A stretch of DNA of 32,000 nucleotides from an archaeon (GTDB lineage Archaea; Iainarchaeota; Iainarchaeia; Iainarchaeales; JANQMZ01). Positions 18,045 through 26,772 of this stretch are shown here, piece after piece. Position 1 is the first letter of the stretch; every line of letters starts with the position of its first letter. Location: assembly GCA_028279805.1 (NCBI GenBank), contig JANQMZ010000007.1:1-32000 (forward strand), in the 5' to 3' direction. The notes beneath the pieces are model-generated. The model was not told where the DNA came from, did no database searches, and worked only from the letters and a program-made list of their open reading frames with translations. The position numbers were made by a program, and so were the translations under genes.

Positions 18045-19049
18045 ATGGTTAAAGTTGCAATAAACGGTTTTGGAAGAATTGGAAGGCTTTTTTTCAGAGC
18101 TTCTCTTGAAAACAAAAATGTTGATGTTGTAGCTGTAAACGATTTAACTGATAATAAAACTTTGGCTCATTTGTTAAAATACGATTCTGTTCAAGGCAAG
18201 CTTGATGCTGATATAAGTTTTGATGAAAAAAATATTATTGTTAATCGTAAAAAAATTTTAAGCTTGTCTGAAAAAGAGCCTGAAAATCTTCCGTGGAAAG
18301 ATTTGGGTGTTGACATTGTAATTGAGTCAACAGGAGTTTTCAGGACAAAGGATTTGGCTTCAAAACATTTGAATGCGGGAGCAAAAAAAGTTATTTTGTC
18401 AGCGCCTCCGAAAGGCGATAATATTAAAATGGTTGTAATGGGAATAAATCATGAAGAATATAATCCCGATGAACATGAAATTATTAGTAATTGTTCGTGT
18501 ACAACAAATTCTTTGGCTCCGGTTGTAAAAGTTTTGGATGAAAATTTTGGAATTGAAAAAGGTTTTATGACAACAGTTCATGCTTATACCGGCGGGCAAA
18601 ATCTTTTGGACGGCCCTCATAAAGATTTGAGAAGAGCGAGAGCGGCTGCTGTGAACATTGTGCCGACAACAACCGGTGCGGCTAAAGCTGTTACAAAAGT
18701 TTTTCCTCATCTGGAAGGAAAACTGGACGGAATATCTGTTCGTGTTCCAATTCCGACAGGGTCTGTTACGGATTTTACTGTTGTGTTAAAAAAAGATGTT
18801 ACAATTGAAAAAATTAACAATGCCATAAAACAGGCTGCAGAAAAAGAATTAAAAAAAATTTTAAAATATTCTGAGGAAGAGCTTGTCAGTTCGGATATTG
18901 TGCATGATTCTTTTTCAAGCGTTTTTGATTCAAAACAGACTTATGCAATAGGCAATTTGATAAAAGTATTATTGTGGTATGACAACGAATGGGGTTATAG
19001 CTGTAGGCTGGTTGAATTAGCTGAATTTATGGCAAAAAAAGGCGTTTGA
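18045..19049 (+). CDS. gap: Glyceraldehyde-3-phosphate dehydrogenase, class I (bacterial/eukaryal type)
   Basis: VKVAINGFGRIGR, the active site SNCSCTTNSLAP, VPTTTGAAKAV and WYDNEWGYS. ATG at 18045 is preferred over the TTG at 18033. Confidence 0.93.
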   Translation: MVKVAINGFGRIGRLFFRASLENKNVDVVAVNDLTDNKTLAHLLKYDSVQGKLDADISFDEKNIIVNRKKILSLSEKEPENLPWKDLGVDIVIESTGVFRTKDLASKHLNAGAKKVILSAPPKGDNIKMVVMGINHEEYNPDEHEIISNCSCTTNSLAPVVKVLDENFGIEKGFMTTVHAYTGGQNLLDGPHKDLRRARAAAVNIVPTTTGAAKAVTKVFPHLEGKLDGISVRVPIPTGSVTDFTVVLKKDVTIEKINNAIKQAAEKELKKILKYSEEELVSSDIVHDSFSSVFDSKQTYAIGNLIKVLLWYDNEWGYSCRLVELAEFMAKKGV

Positions 19050-19099
19050 ATTTTTTTAATGCAAATCTTTTTTTATGATTAAATTCATTAATTTGTTAC

Positions 19100-19963
19100 A
19101 TGGTTACAATTGAAGAATTGGTTGAACTTGGTTTTTCTGAAAAAAACGCTGTCGCTTTATCCCAAAAATCCTATTTTCAGCGGAGGCTTAGGAGAGCATC
19201 CAAATCAACCCTTGAATCCAACTTGGAGAATATTGAGCGAATTTATGGTGTTTCCAGAAATCAAAGTGTTAAGGCCGTTTTTTCTTTTCCCCAATTTGCT
19301 GAGTACAATCATTCCCGTGTTCTGAAAGAAGCTCAGGATGTTTATGGTGTTTCCAAAGGAGCTGTTGTCAAGGCTGTTTTTTACGCTCCACCATTTGCTG
19401 GTCTTGACCATTTCCGTGTTTTGGATGACATTCAAAATATTTATGGTGTTAGCAAGGAGGTGGCTGTTAAAGCTGTTTTTTCTTTTCCGCCTTTTGCCGG
19501 TTTTAATCATTCCCTTGTTTTGAAGGACATTTCTGATATTTATGGCGTGTCCAGGGAAAAAGTTGTAAAAGCTGTTTTTAAAGCTCCAAGATTTGCAAGA
19601 CGAGATCATGTCCGGGTGTTAAGACAAATTAAGCGTTTTGCTAAACTTTTGGGCTTGAACAAAAAAACAATTATTGATTATTTGTTTGAAAATCCTGTGA
19701 TAGCCGGATATTCTTGGAAAAGAAATATTGCCTCGGTTGATGCCATTCGCAGAGCGGTTAAAAGAACTGGTGTTAATGTTTCTAATGAAGAAATGTTTCA
19801 ATGGTATATGACAGGTTATGGCCAGTCTCCTTATGCAGCCAAAGATTCCAAGGCTCGTGAGGGAACATTGGAAGCAAGAGGCGAACTTACAAAACCAAGC
19901 GATATGGGTAAAGCTGCTGAAAGCTGGTTAAAAAACAGAAAAAAAAGGAGGCATTTGAAATGA
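19100..19963 (+). CDS. Tandem 33-aa helical-repeat protein (mTERF-like repeat pattern) with a basic C-terminal tail
   Basis: Four consecutive units of YGVS-x4-VKAVF-x2-P-x-FA-x3-H-x2-VL-x6, with degenerate units on either side. The tail is KNRKKRRHLK. ATGA overlap with the agmatinase start. Confidence 0.7.
   Translation: MVTIEELVELGFSEKNAVALSQKSYFQRRLRRASKSTLESNLENIERIYGVSRNQSVKAVFSFPQFAEYNHSRVLKEAQDVYGVSKGAVVKAVFYAPPFAGLDHFRVLDDIQNIYGVSKEVAVKAVFSFPPFAGFNHSLVLKDISDIYGVSREKVVKAVFKAPRFARRDHVRVLRQIKRFAKLLGLNKKTIIDYLFENPVIAGYSWKRNIASVDAIRRAVKRTGVNVSNEEMFQWYMTGYGQSPYAAKDSKAREGTLEARGELTKPSDMGKAAESWLKNRKKRRHLK
19244..19639 (+). repeat. 4 x 99-bp in-frame tandem repeat (diverged) inside the repeat-protein gene
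   Basis: Units begin at 19244, 19343, 19442 and 19541, each starting tatgg(t/c)gt. They are conserved at the protein level and diverged at the DNA level. Confidence 0.8.
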
Positions 19964-20805
19964 GAATAGCCTGGCATAACACTCAGTATCCGGAAGAAGC
20001 TGATTTTATTGTTTTAGGCTGTGCTTCAGAAGAAGGTTCAAGCTGGGAGGGAACTTCAAAAGCACCTGAAGCCATAAGAAAAGCTTCAAGAGAATGGCTT
20101 ACAGGCGAATTGCATGACGGTACAAATTTTAGGTATAATCCGCAGTCAAGTGCTTTAAACAAGCTTGTTTTTGATGATGGAAATGTTAAAAAAAGTGTTC
20201 TGGCTGAAGCTGTTCAAACAATCAGTTCTGATAAAAAAATTCCAGTTATTTTAGGCGGAGACCATTCCGTTACAACTGAAGCATTAAAAGGTTTTGATGA
20301 AACAACAAAAAACATCAGCCTTGTTTACATTGATTCCCATCCTGATTTTATGGAAAGTGAAATGAATTATTATGCCTCCGTTTTAACCGATGTACAGGAA
20401 TTAAAAAATGTGAAACTAAACAAAAGTGTTCTGGTCGGAGTAAGAGGAGCAAACAGTTTTGAACTTGAAAACATTAAAAAATCCAAAATGAAAACTTTTT
20501 ATTCTGTTGATTTTGTGGAAAGCGGTGTTAAAAAAATTTTTAACCAGATTAAAAAAAAGATTACAAAAAAATTTTATTTAAGCATTGATGTTGACGTTTT
20601 GGATCCGGCTTTTGCACCCGGCGTATCCGATCCTGTTCCAGGAGGGATAACTTCAAACGAGTTAACCTTGTTATGCAAAAAACTTGCTTCTTTAAAGCCA
20701 ATCGGTTTTGATATTGTTGAAGTTCTTCCGGACAATGATGTAAATGAAAAAACTTCAACATTTGCCGCAAAACTTGTAAGTGAAATAATTTCTTCTTACA
20801 GGTGA
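19960..20805 (+). CDS. speB: Agmatinase / ureohydrolase family protein
   Basis: Mn-binding motifs GGDHSVT, VYIDSHPD and LSIDVDVLDPAFAPGVSDPVPGG. Confidence 0.8.
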   Translation: MRIAWHNTQYPEEADFIVLGCASEEGSSWEGTSKAPEAIRKASREWLTGELHDGTNFRYNPQSSALNKLVFDDGNVKKSVLAEAVQTISSDKKIPVILGGDHSVTTEALKGFDETTKNISLVYIDSHPDFMESEMNYYASVLTDVQELKNVKLNKSVLVGVRGANSFELENIKKSKMKTFYSVDFVESGVKKIFNQIKKKITKKFYLSIDVDVLDPAFAPGVSDPVPGGITSNELTLLCKKLASLKPIGFDIVEVLPDNDVNEKTSTFAAKLVSEIISSYR

Positions 20806-20809
20806 TTTT

Positions 20810-21490
20810 TTGAATGTTGTTCTTAATTTTCAGCCAAAAGAATTTAATCAAATTAAAAAAGCATTAAAAGAATATCCTGCAAAACCTGTTTCATCAAAAT
20901 ATGAAGAGCAACGATGGATAATCGGTTCATGCAGTCTTGTTTTGTATAAAAGCGGAAAACTTTTAATTCAGGGAAACAAAAGTGAAGATATTAAAAATCT
21001 GATTTTAAAAAAAATAAAACTGAAAGACAAACTGGTTCTGGGAATTGATGAAACAGGCAGAGGAGAAAATTTCGGGCCATTGGTTGTAGCAGGAGTTTTG
21101 GGTTATACCAATTCGCTCAGAGAATTAAGGGACAGTAAAAAAACAGCAAATTTGAAACAAAAATATTCACTTGTTAAAAAAAATTCAATTGCAGTAAAGC
21201 ATTTCAAGGCATTATCCTATGAAATTGATGCATTACGGGAACAGGGAATAAACCTGAATCAGATTCAGGCCAGTCTTATTAACAAAATTATTGATTTTTT
21301 TGAAAAAAAAGCCAAAAAAGCCCGGATTATCGTAGATGGTAGCCCTATAAAAAATGTCAATAAAAAGGCTCATTTTAAAGTTAAAGCGGATGATTTTGAA
21401 CCTGTTGTAGGAGCGGCAAGCATTATTGCAAAATATGCGAGAGAAAAAAGTTCTGATAAAAGAAAAAGAAAAACATGGAAAAACTCTTAA
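20810..21490 (+). CDS. Compact RNase HIII-like ribonuclease (N-terminal DUF3378-like domain plus RNase HII/HIII catalytic core)
   Basis: N-terminal domain with LYKSGKLLIQG. Core with GIDETGRGENFGPLVVAGV, DSKK, IIVDG and KADDFEPVVGAASIIAK. TTG start after aggtga. Confidence 0.7.
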   Translation: MNVVLNFQPKEFNQIKKALKEYPAKPVSSKYEEQRWIIGSCSLVLYKSGKLLIQGNKSEDIKNLILKKIKLKDKLVLGIDETGRGENFGPLVVAGVLGYTNSLRELRDSKKTANLKQKYSLVKKNSIAVKHFKALSYEIDALREQGINLNQIQASLINKIIDFFEKKAKKARIIVDGSPIKNVNKKAHFKVKADDFEPVVGAASIIAKYAREKSSDKRKRKTWKNS

Positions 21491-21996
21491 TCTATTTTAA
21501 AATTTTTATCTCCGACCAGTGCAGAATTTCCTGAAGGGTCTTCAAGCAGAACGGTGAATTTTTTTTGTCCGGCGCGTGCTTTTTTAATTTGTCCAAGAAT
21601 TTGTGTTGCTTTTTTTTTATCTGTTTTTGAAATAATTTCAATTGCCTGCTGAAATCTTTCCAGCAGTCCTTCAATGTTTGAAATGTAACCGTCTGACCTT
21701 GGCCCCGGGGAAACTTCCAACCCCAGTTCGGGAATTTTTATTTTGGCTGTTGAAGATTTTATGATTTTTGTTTTCAAATCTTCCGGTTTTTGAATTTCTG
21801 CCTTAAATTTTTTTGCATTTTTTCCTTTTGTTACTGATAAAACATCTGAAAACCTGAAACTGCAGTGTTCACATGACAATGTTGTTATTATTACTGTGCC
21901 AAAATTTTCAACCTCGTGATCTGTTTCCACAAATTTTGCTTTTTTTCCGCATTGAGGGCAATCAATTGTCATTGTACCTGAAACCATTTTAATCAC
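21487..21996 (-). CDS. ZPR1-type zinc-finger protein
   Basis: CPQCG ... FGTVIITTLSCEHCSFRFSDV, then a beta-rich domain (IKIPELGLEVSPG) as in ZPR1 modules. Confidence 0.7.
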   Translation of the reverse strand: MIKMVSGTMTIDCPQCGKKAKFVETDHEVENFGTVIITTLSCEHCSFRFSDVLSVTKGKNAKKFKAEIQKPEDLKTKIIKSSTAKIKIPELGLEVSPGPRSDGYISNIEGLLERFQQAIEIISKTDKKKATQILGQIKKARAGQKKFTVLLEDPSGNSALVGDKNFKID

Positions 21997-22730
21997 TTTA
22001 AAAATTGTTCAAAATTTTTTTCACAATTTTTTTCCAATTCTTTTAATTCTATTCCTCTTAATTCTGAAACTTTTTCTGCAACTTTTTTAATCCAGCTTGG
22101 CTCCGCTTTTTCCCCGTTAAATTTTACAGGTGCATCTGTTTCAAGCAGCAGGTTTTTCAGCGGAATTTTTTTGGCAAAATTCTGAACATGTTTATCTGTA
22201 AAAACGCTTGGCCCTACTGAAACAAAATAATTCCTGTTAACAATTTTGTTCAAGAATTTTTCATCATAAAACCAGTGCATTAAAACTTTTTTTGGAGAAT
22301 ATTCTTTCAGTGCTTTAAAGCAGTCATGATGGGAACGTCTTGAATGTATGACAACAGGCTTGTCATATTCTAATGCGGTTAAAAGCTGCCTTTTAAGCAC
22401 TTTTTTTTGTGTTTTCCTTTTGTCATTTGTGTTGCCGTGCTTGTAGTCAAGCCCTATTTCCCCGACAGCTGACGCTTTGTCAATTTTTTCTTCAACAAAA
22501 TTTAATGTTTTTTCAATTTCCTCTTTTTTCATTCCGAAAACAGAGTTGCTGGGATGCAGCCCTAATGCTATTTCAACCTGTTCAATTTGTTTTAATTTTA
22601 AGTGTTTTTTTGCCGATTTTAAATCAACAGAATTTGATAAAATTTTTTCAACTCTGTTTTCTTTTGCTTTTTTGATTATTTCTTTAATATCCGAAAACTC
22701 GTCCAGATGGCAGTGTGAATCTATTAACAT
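21993..22730 (-). CDS. tatD: TatD-family metal-dependent hydrolase/DNase
   Basis: MLIDSHCHLDEF, GEIGLDY, PVVIHSR and LLLETDAP. Confidence 0.85.
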   Translation of the reverse strand: MLIDSHCHLDEFSDIKEIIKKAKENRVEKILSNSVDLKSAKKHLKLKQIEQVEIALGLHPSNSVFGMKKEEIEKTLNFVEEKIDKASAVGEIGLDYKHGNTNDKRKTQKKVLKRQLLTALEYDKPVVIHSRRSHHDCFKALKEYSPKKVLMHWFYDEKFLNKIVNRNYFVSVGPSVFTDKHVQNFAKKIPLKNLLLETDAPVKFNGEKAEPSWIKKVAEKVSELRGIELKELEKNCEKNFEQFLK

Positions 22731-22781
22731 TATGAAATTTTAATGGAAACTCATTAATAAGTTTTGCAATCCTTTTTTGTT

Positions 22782-23366
22782 ATGAAATTTTTTTTAGGAG
22801 AACAGGAATTTGATGTTTTTGAAGGAGTTTATCCTCCCAGTGAAGACTCATATCTTTTATCCGAATCAATTGAAATTAATCCTCAGGATGTTGCCTTGGA
22901 CATAGGATGCGGTTCGGGAATTCAGACAATTACTATGGCTTTGCAGGGTGCAACGGTTTTTGCGGTCGATATTCTGCAAAAAGCTCTGGACAATACTCTG
23001 CATAATGCAAAAATCGCGGGAATAAAAAACCAGGTTTTTGCCGAAAACTCTGATTTGTTTTCAAACATTAAAAAAGATATGAAGTTTGATTTAATTGTTT
23101 TTAATCCTCCTTATGTTCCCAGTGAAAAAGAAAAAAAATACAAAGATCTGGACGGAGGAATAAAAGGGCAGGAAGTTTTACACAAATTCTTGGACAAGTT
23201 TTCCCTGCACCTGAAGGAAAATGGAAAAACCTTTTTTTTACAAAGCTCTTTAAATGATGTTGAAAAAACTTCCAGCATTTTAACAGAAAAAGGGCTTAAT
23301 TTTGAAATTGTTAACAGGCAAAACTTGTTTATGGAAGAATTAATTGTTTTCAAAGCATTTTTCTAA
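22782..23366 (+). CDS. HemK/Mtq2-like SAM-dependent methyltransferase (putative release-factor glutamine N5-methyltransferase)
   Basis: VYPPSEDSYLL, SAM motif LDIGCGSGIQ, and substrate motif VFNPPYVP. ATG at 22782 is preferred to the TTG at 22764. Confidence 0.75.
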   Translation: MKFFLGEQEFDVFEGVYPPSEDSYLLSESIEINPQDVALDIGCGSGIQTITMALQGATVFAVDILQKALDNTLHNAKIAGIKNQVFAENSDLFSNIKKDMKFDLIVFNPPYVPSEKEKKYKDLDGGIKGQEVLHKFLDKFSLHLKENGKTFFLQSSLNDVEKTSSILTEKGLNFEIVNRQNLFMEELIVFKAFF

Positions 23367-23399
23367 GCCTTTTTAATCCTTTTTTTGTATTTTGTTTTT

Positions 23400-24545
23400 A
23401 TGCCTGCAAATGTTTCTTACGAGTTTGCAAAATCACGTGAAAAGTACAATAATGCCAGAACTTTGGATGAAAAACTGGCTGCTTTGAGGGAAATGAGGAA
23501 AAATGCTCCCGGCCATAAAGGCGGTGAACATGTTCGTGCTGACATTTCAAGAAAAATTAAGGCAGTTAAGGAACAAATGGCCAAGCAGGCTGTTCAGAGA
23601 AAAAAAACTTCCGGTTCCAAAAGTCTTGCTGTTAAAAAAGATGGCATGGGGCAAATTGTCCTTGTTTCATTTCCCAATGTGGGAAAAAGCACTATTTTGA
23701 ATGCTTTGACAAACAAATCTGTTCAGGTTGCAGATTATCCTTTTACTACCAAAAAGCCTGTTGTTGGAATGGCTGATTTTGAAGGTGCAAAAATTCAGCT
23801 TGTTGAGCTTCCCGGAATTGTTAAAGGCGCTTCAGCCGGAAAAGCTTCAGGAACTGAACTGTTAAGCATCGCGCGCAATGCTGATGCAGTTGTTTTTCTT
23901 TTTTCTGCTGAAAATGTTTTAAAAGAGTGGAATGTTTTGAAAAAAGAATTTGAAAATTCTTTTATTCAGATTAATAAATCCAAGCCAAAAATTAAGGTTA
24001 ATAAAAGCAGATTTAAGGGAATTACAATTGCCGGTAAAAAATTTTTAAAAATGTCTTTTGAAAAATTCAAAGAATTGCTTAAAAGTGAGGGATTTCATAA
24101 TGCTTCTGTTGTTCTGGAAGAGCCAACGACTAAGGAAAAACTTGAAGAGGTTCTTGACAACAGGTTGACTTACAAAAAAGCTTTTGGTTTAATAATTCAA
24201 AAAAATTTGTCTCCTAAACCTGATGAAGTAAAAAAAGTTTCAAAATTTTTGCCTTTAACAATTGTCTCTGATTCTGATGAGGAAACGGTTAAAGATTTAA
24301 AGCAAAAAATGTTTTATATTTTGAACAAAATTTTAATCTGGACCAAAAAACCGGGGGAAGAAAAAGCTGTTGAGCCGATTGCATTAAAAAAGGGTTCAAC
24401 GGTTGACCATATGGCTCAGTTGCTGCATAAGGATTTTGCTGATTTTAAGTTTGCCAAAATATGGGGGTCGGGAAAATTTGCAGGGCAAAGAGTTTCAAAG
24501 GATTATGAGTTAAAACACAGGGATATCGTGGAAATTTATTCCTGA
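23400..24545 (+). CDS. DRG/Obg-family GTPase-like protein with a C-terminal TGS domain
   Basis: FPNVGKSTILNALT, ADYPFTT, LPGIVKGAS, and a TGS-like tail IWTKKPG...GSTVDHMAQLLHKDF...AKIWG. See the findings for the deviations in the G motifs. Confidence 0.75.
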   Translation: MPANVSYEFAKSREKYNNARTLDEKLAALREMRKNAPGHKGGEHVRADISRKIKAVKEQMAKQAVQRKKTSGSKSLAVKKDGMGQIVLVSFPNVGKSTILNALTNKSVQVADYPFTTKKPVVGMADFEGAKIQLVELPGIVKGASAGKASGTELLSIARNADAVVFLFSAENVLKEWNVLKKEFENSFIQINKSKPKIKVNKSRFKGITIAGKKFLKMSFEKFKELLKSEGFHNASVVLEEPTTKEKLEEVLDNRLTYKKAFGLIIQKNLSPKPDEVKKVSKFLPLTIVSDSDEETVKDLKQKMFYILNKILIWTKKPGEEKAVEPIALKKGSTVDHMAQLLHKDFADFKFAKIWGSGKFAGQRVSKDYELKHRDIVEIYS

Positions 24546-24546
24546 T

Positions 24547-25830
24547 TTAAAATTCTACTTTTTCCTCTTCTTTTGAACCTAGTATTTTGTCTTTGTTTTT
24601 TATAATAAAGACAATTGCCCCTATTGCCAGTATTGCAATTATTCCGTTAAACAGCAAATTATAATTTGGCTCCGGTCCTGGGGACCCGTCAACAAATCCT
24701 TCTTTTTTTATGCTTATAACATTGTTTTTTGCCCTTTTTGCAAAATTGATTGATTCCTGGTAATCTCCTTTGCTGTAAAAATTTTGGGCTTTTTCCCAGT
24801 TGCTTTCCAGTAATTTTAAATCCGCCTGGTTTTTCCACAGTGGAGCGTTTTCCTCTGATAGCATTATTCCTGCAGCGTTTTCCAAAACTGCATAACTTTG
24901 CCCTGCTTCTGTTTTCAGTTTTGAATCAGGTTCAAATAATTCAATGAAAGCTTTTTGCCTGTCTAACCTGTTTTCAAACAGGTCTGCCCAGTTTGAAGCT
25001 CTTGAGATAACCATGTTAAAAGTGTTTTCAATCAATAATTGTAATTTGTCAACATTTGTTGCCCATGTTCCTATTATTGAATAATCTGCCGGCGGGTCAG
25101 CCAGGTCAAGCAAAGATCTTTTTGTATCCAGTTCAACATCTGCTGTTGAAATTAATCCTTTTAATGTGTCAACATTTGCATTGTACACCAGTGACATTTC
25201 ATCCAATTCTTTTAATGTGTCAAAAACATCGTCTAACGCATTTTTCAAATCTGTTTCCTGGCCTGTTTCTGGCAAATTTAAAAAATTTGTTTCCATTTCT
25301 GTAGCTGTTTCCATTTTTGAACTTAATTCAATGGCCTTTAAGCTTAAATCTGTTAACTGGTTTTTCATTGTAATAACAAGTGAAGCTACCGCAGCATCAC
25401 TTAACTCGTTGTCTATTAATGTTAAATGATTTTTTTCAGATTCTAAAAAGTTTGCAATATTTTTTGCTCTTAAGGATTCAGAAACAAACCATACCAATGC
25501 CGGATCGTCATTTATTTGTTTTTTTGTTTCTGAATATTCTATTATAAAATCGCTTGTTTTAAAAAGCGCATTGTTTGTTACTTTTTTGTTAACCAGGTTT
25601 TCCTGTTCTTTTTCAAGTGAAATAAATCCTATTGTTTCTTCGCCTGAATAAACCGGGACAACATAAAAATTTTGTTCTCCGTGTTTTAATTCTTTAAAGT
25701 TTTTTATTTGTTCTCCGTCAACAATTAAGCCTGCTTCTCCGCTTACAAAAACAGTCGGGTCATAGCCATAAACACCTGCAAAAAACAGCATTAAAAGTAT
25801 TATTATGGTAAAATAACGCATTTTGCTCAT
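24547..25830 (-). CDS. Hypothetical surface protein (N-terminal signal/anchor, C-terminal TM helix)
   Basis: Starting at the ATG at 25830 gives MSKMRYFTIIILLMLFFAGVYG. The protein has a long acidic helical ectodomain and a C-terminal LLFNGIIAILAIGAIVFII followed by a charged tail. Confidence 0.6.
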   Translation of the reverse strand: MSKMRYFTIIILLMLFFAGVYGYDPTVFVSGEAGLIVDGEQIKNFKELKHGEQNFYVVPVYSGEETIGFISLEKEQENLVNKKVTNNALFKTSDFIIEYSETKKQINDDPALVWFVSESLRAKNIANFLESEKNHLTLIDNELSDAAVASLVITMKNQLTDLSLKAIELSSKMETATEMETNFLNLPETGQETDLKNALDDVFDTLKELDEMSLVYNANVDTLKGLISTADVELDTKRSLLDLADPPADYSIIGTWATNVDKLQLLIENTFNMVISRASNWADLFENRLDRQKAFIELFEPDSKLKTEAGQSYAVLENAAGIMLSEENAPLWKNQADLKLLESNWEKAQNFYSKGDYQESINFAKRAKNNVISIKKEGFVDGSPGPEPNYNLLFNGIIAILAIGAIVFIIKNKDKILGSKEEEKVEF

Positions 25831-25947
25831 TTGAATACTATAAACTTTTCTAAAATAAAACCTTTGCGGTGCTCTTTTCAGGCTCAAATTTCACTGAAAA
25901 GCTTTTTTAATTTTTTCACTTTCAATTAAAGCTTAAGGTGAATCTTT

Positions 25948-26718
25948 TTGAAACCATTAACTGCATTTTTGCTTTTAACAATTTTTTTGGCAGGATGCAC
26001 TTCCACACCCGTTACTGAAAATCCTACCGGAAAAGGCTTAACTTATAAGTTTAATGAAGGGGAAGCGTTTATTGTAAATGTTGTAATTGATGAAACACCT
26101 TTTCCGGATACTAATGACATTCCGAATACACGGATTCAACAAACTCTTTTCTTAATAAAAGAAAAACAAAACAATGCATTTATTGCTGATTCTTTTCTTT
26201 TAGACGCTGAACAGTTTACTGATAAAAAACTTATTAATTTGTGCAACAAAACAAGAGAAGCTGACAAGAAAAAAACAATTGCTTTTTTTGAAGACGGAAC
26301 AATTAATGTTGGAAACGGCAAAATCGTTACAAACCTTTTCATTCCTCAAAAATTTTTAAACATCGGAGATGAATGGGTTTTTAATGAAGTCAAATATGTT
26401 TTAGGCGACAAAACATCAATAACTGTTGCAGAAAAAACTTTTAATGTGTATAAAATAACTTTTTCCGGAACAGTTAATAATGTTCCAAGAGAAGGCACAG
26501 CCTTTTTTGATTATGAAAACGGAAAACTTGTAGAAGTTGAAACTTTTTACACTTATCCTGAGGGAACATCCGACTTTTTATACCAGCTTGCTGAAATTCA
26601 TCCCGATTACGATTTGTCACAGGCAGACTTATCCTGCGCCAATTCTCCTTTTATCGGGGAAAATGCTGTTGTAATAGAGGTTCCTTTATCGGAAGAAAAT
26701 GATTTGAATAAAGCTTAA
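25948..26718 (+). CDS. Hypothetical lipoprotein-like secreted protein
   Basis: MKPLTAFLLLTIFLAGCTS contains a lipobox-like LAGC. TTG start 6 nt after aaggtga. Confidence 0.6.
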   Translation: MKPLTAFLLLTIFLAGCTSTPVTENPTGKGLTYKFNEGEAFIVNVVIDETPFPDTNDIPNTRIQQTLFLIKEKQNNAFIADSFLLDAEQFTDKKLINLCNKTREADKKKTIAFFEDGTINVGNGKIVTNLFIPQKFLNIGDEWVFNEVKYVLGDKTSITVAEKTFNVYKITFSGTVNNVPREGTAFFDYENGKLVEVETFYTYPEGTSDFLYQLAEIHPDYDLSQADLSCANSPFIGENAVVIEVPLSEENDLNKA

Positions 26719-26772
26719 TCGGAATAAAACAAGCATTTTAAAAATGCTGAAAACCATTATTTTAATTCCAAT

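Noticed and set aside
19205-19609. 134-aa antisense ORF and the 19338-19523 ORF inside the repeat gene
   Set aside because: The 99-bp periodicity keeps several frames open. Only the plus-strand frame from 19100 gives a conserved repeat consensus and runs the full length.
19244-19639. 33-aa repeats as TALE-like DNA-binding repeats
   Set aside because: The period is similar. However, TALE units are near-identical except for two hypervariable residues. Here variation is spread over several blocks, and the G-to-P spacing fits an mTERF-like pattern better.
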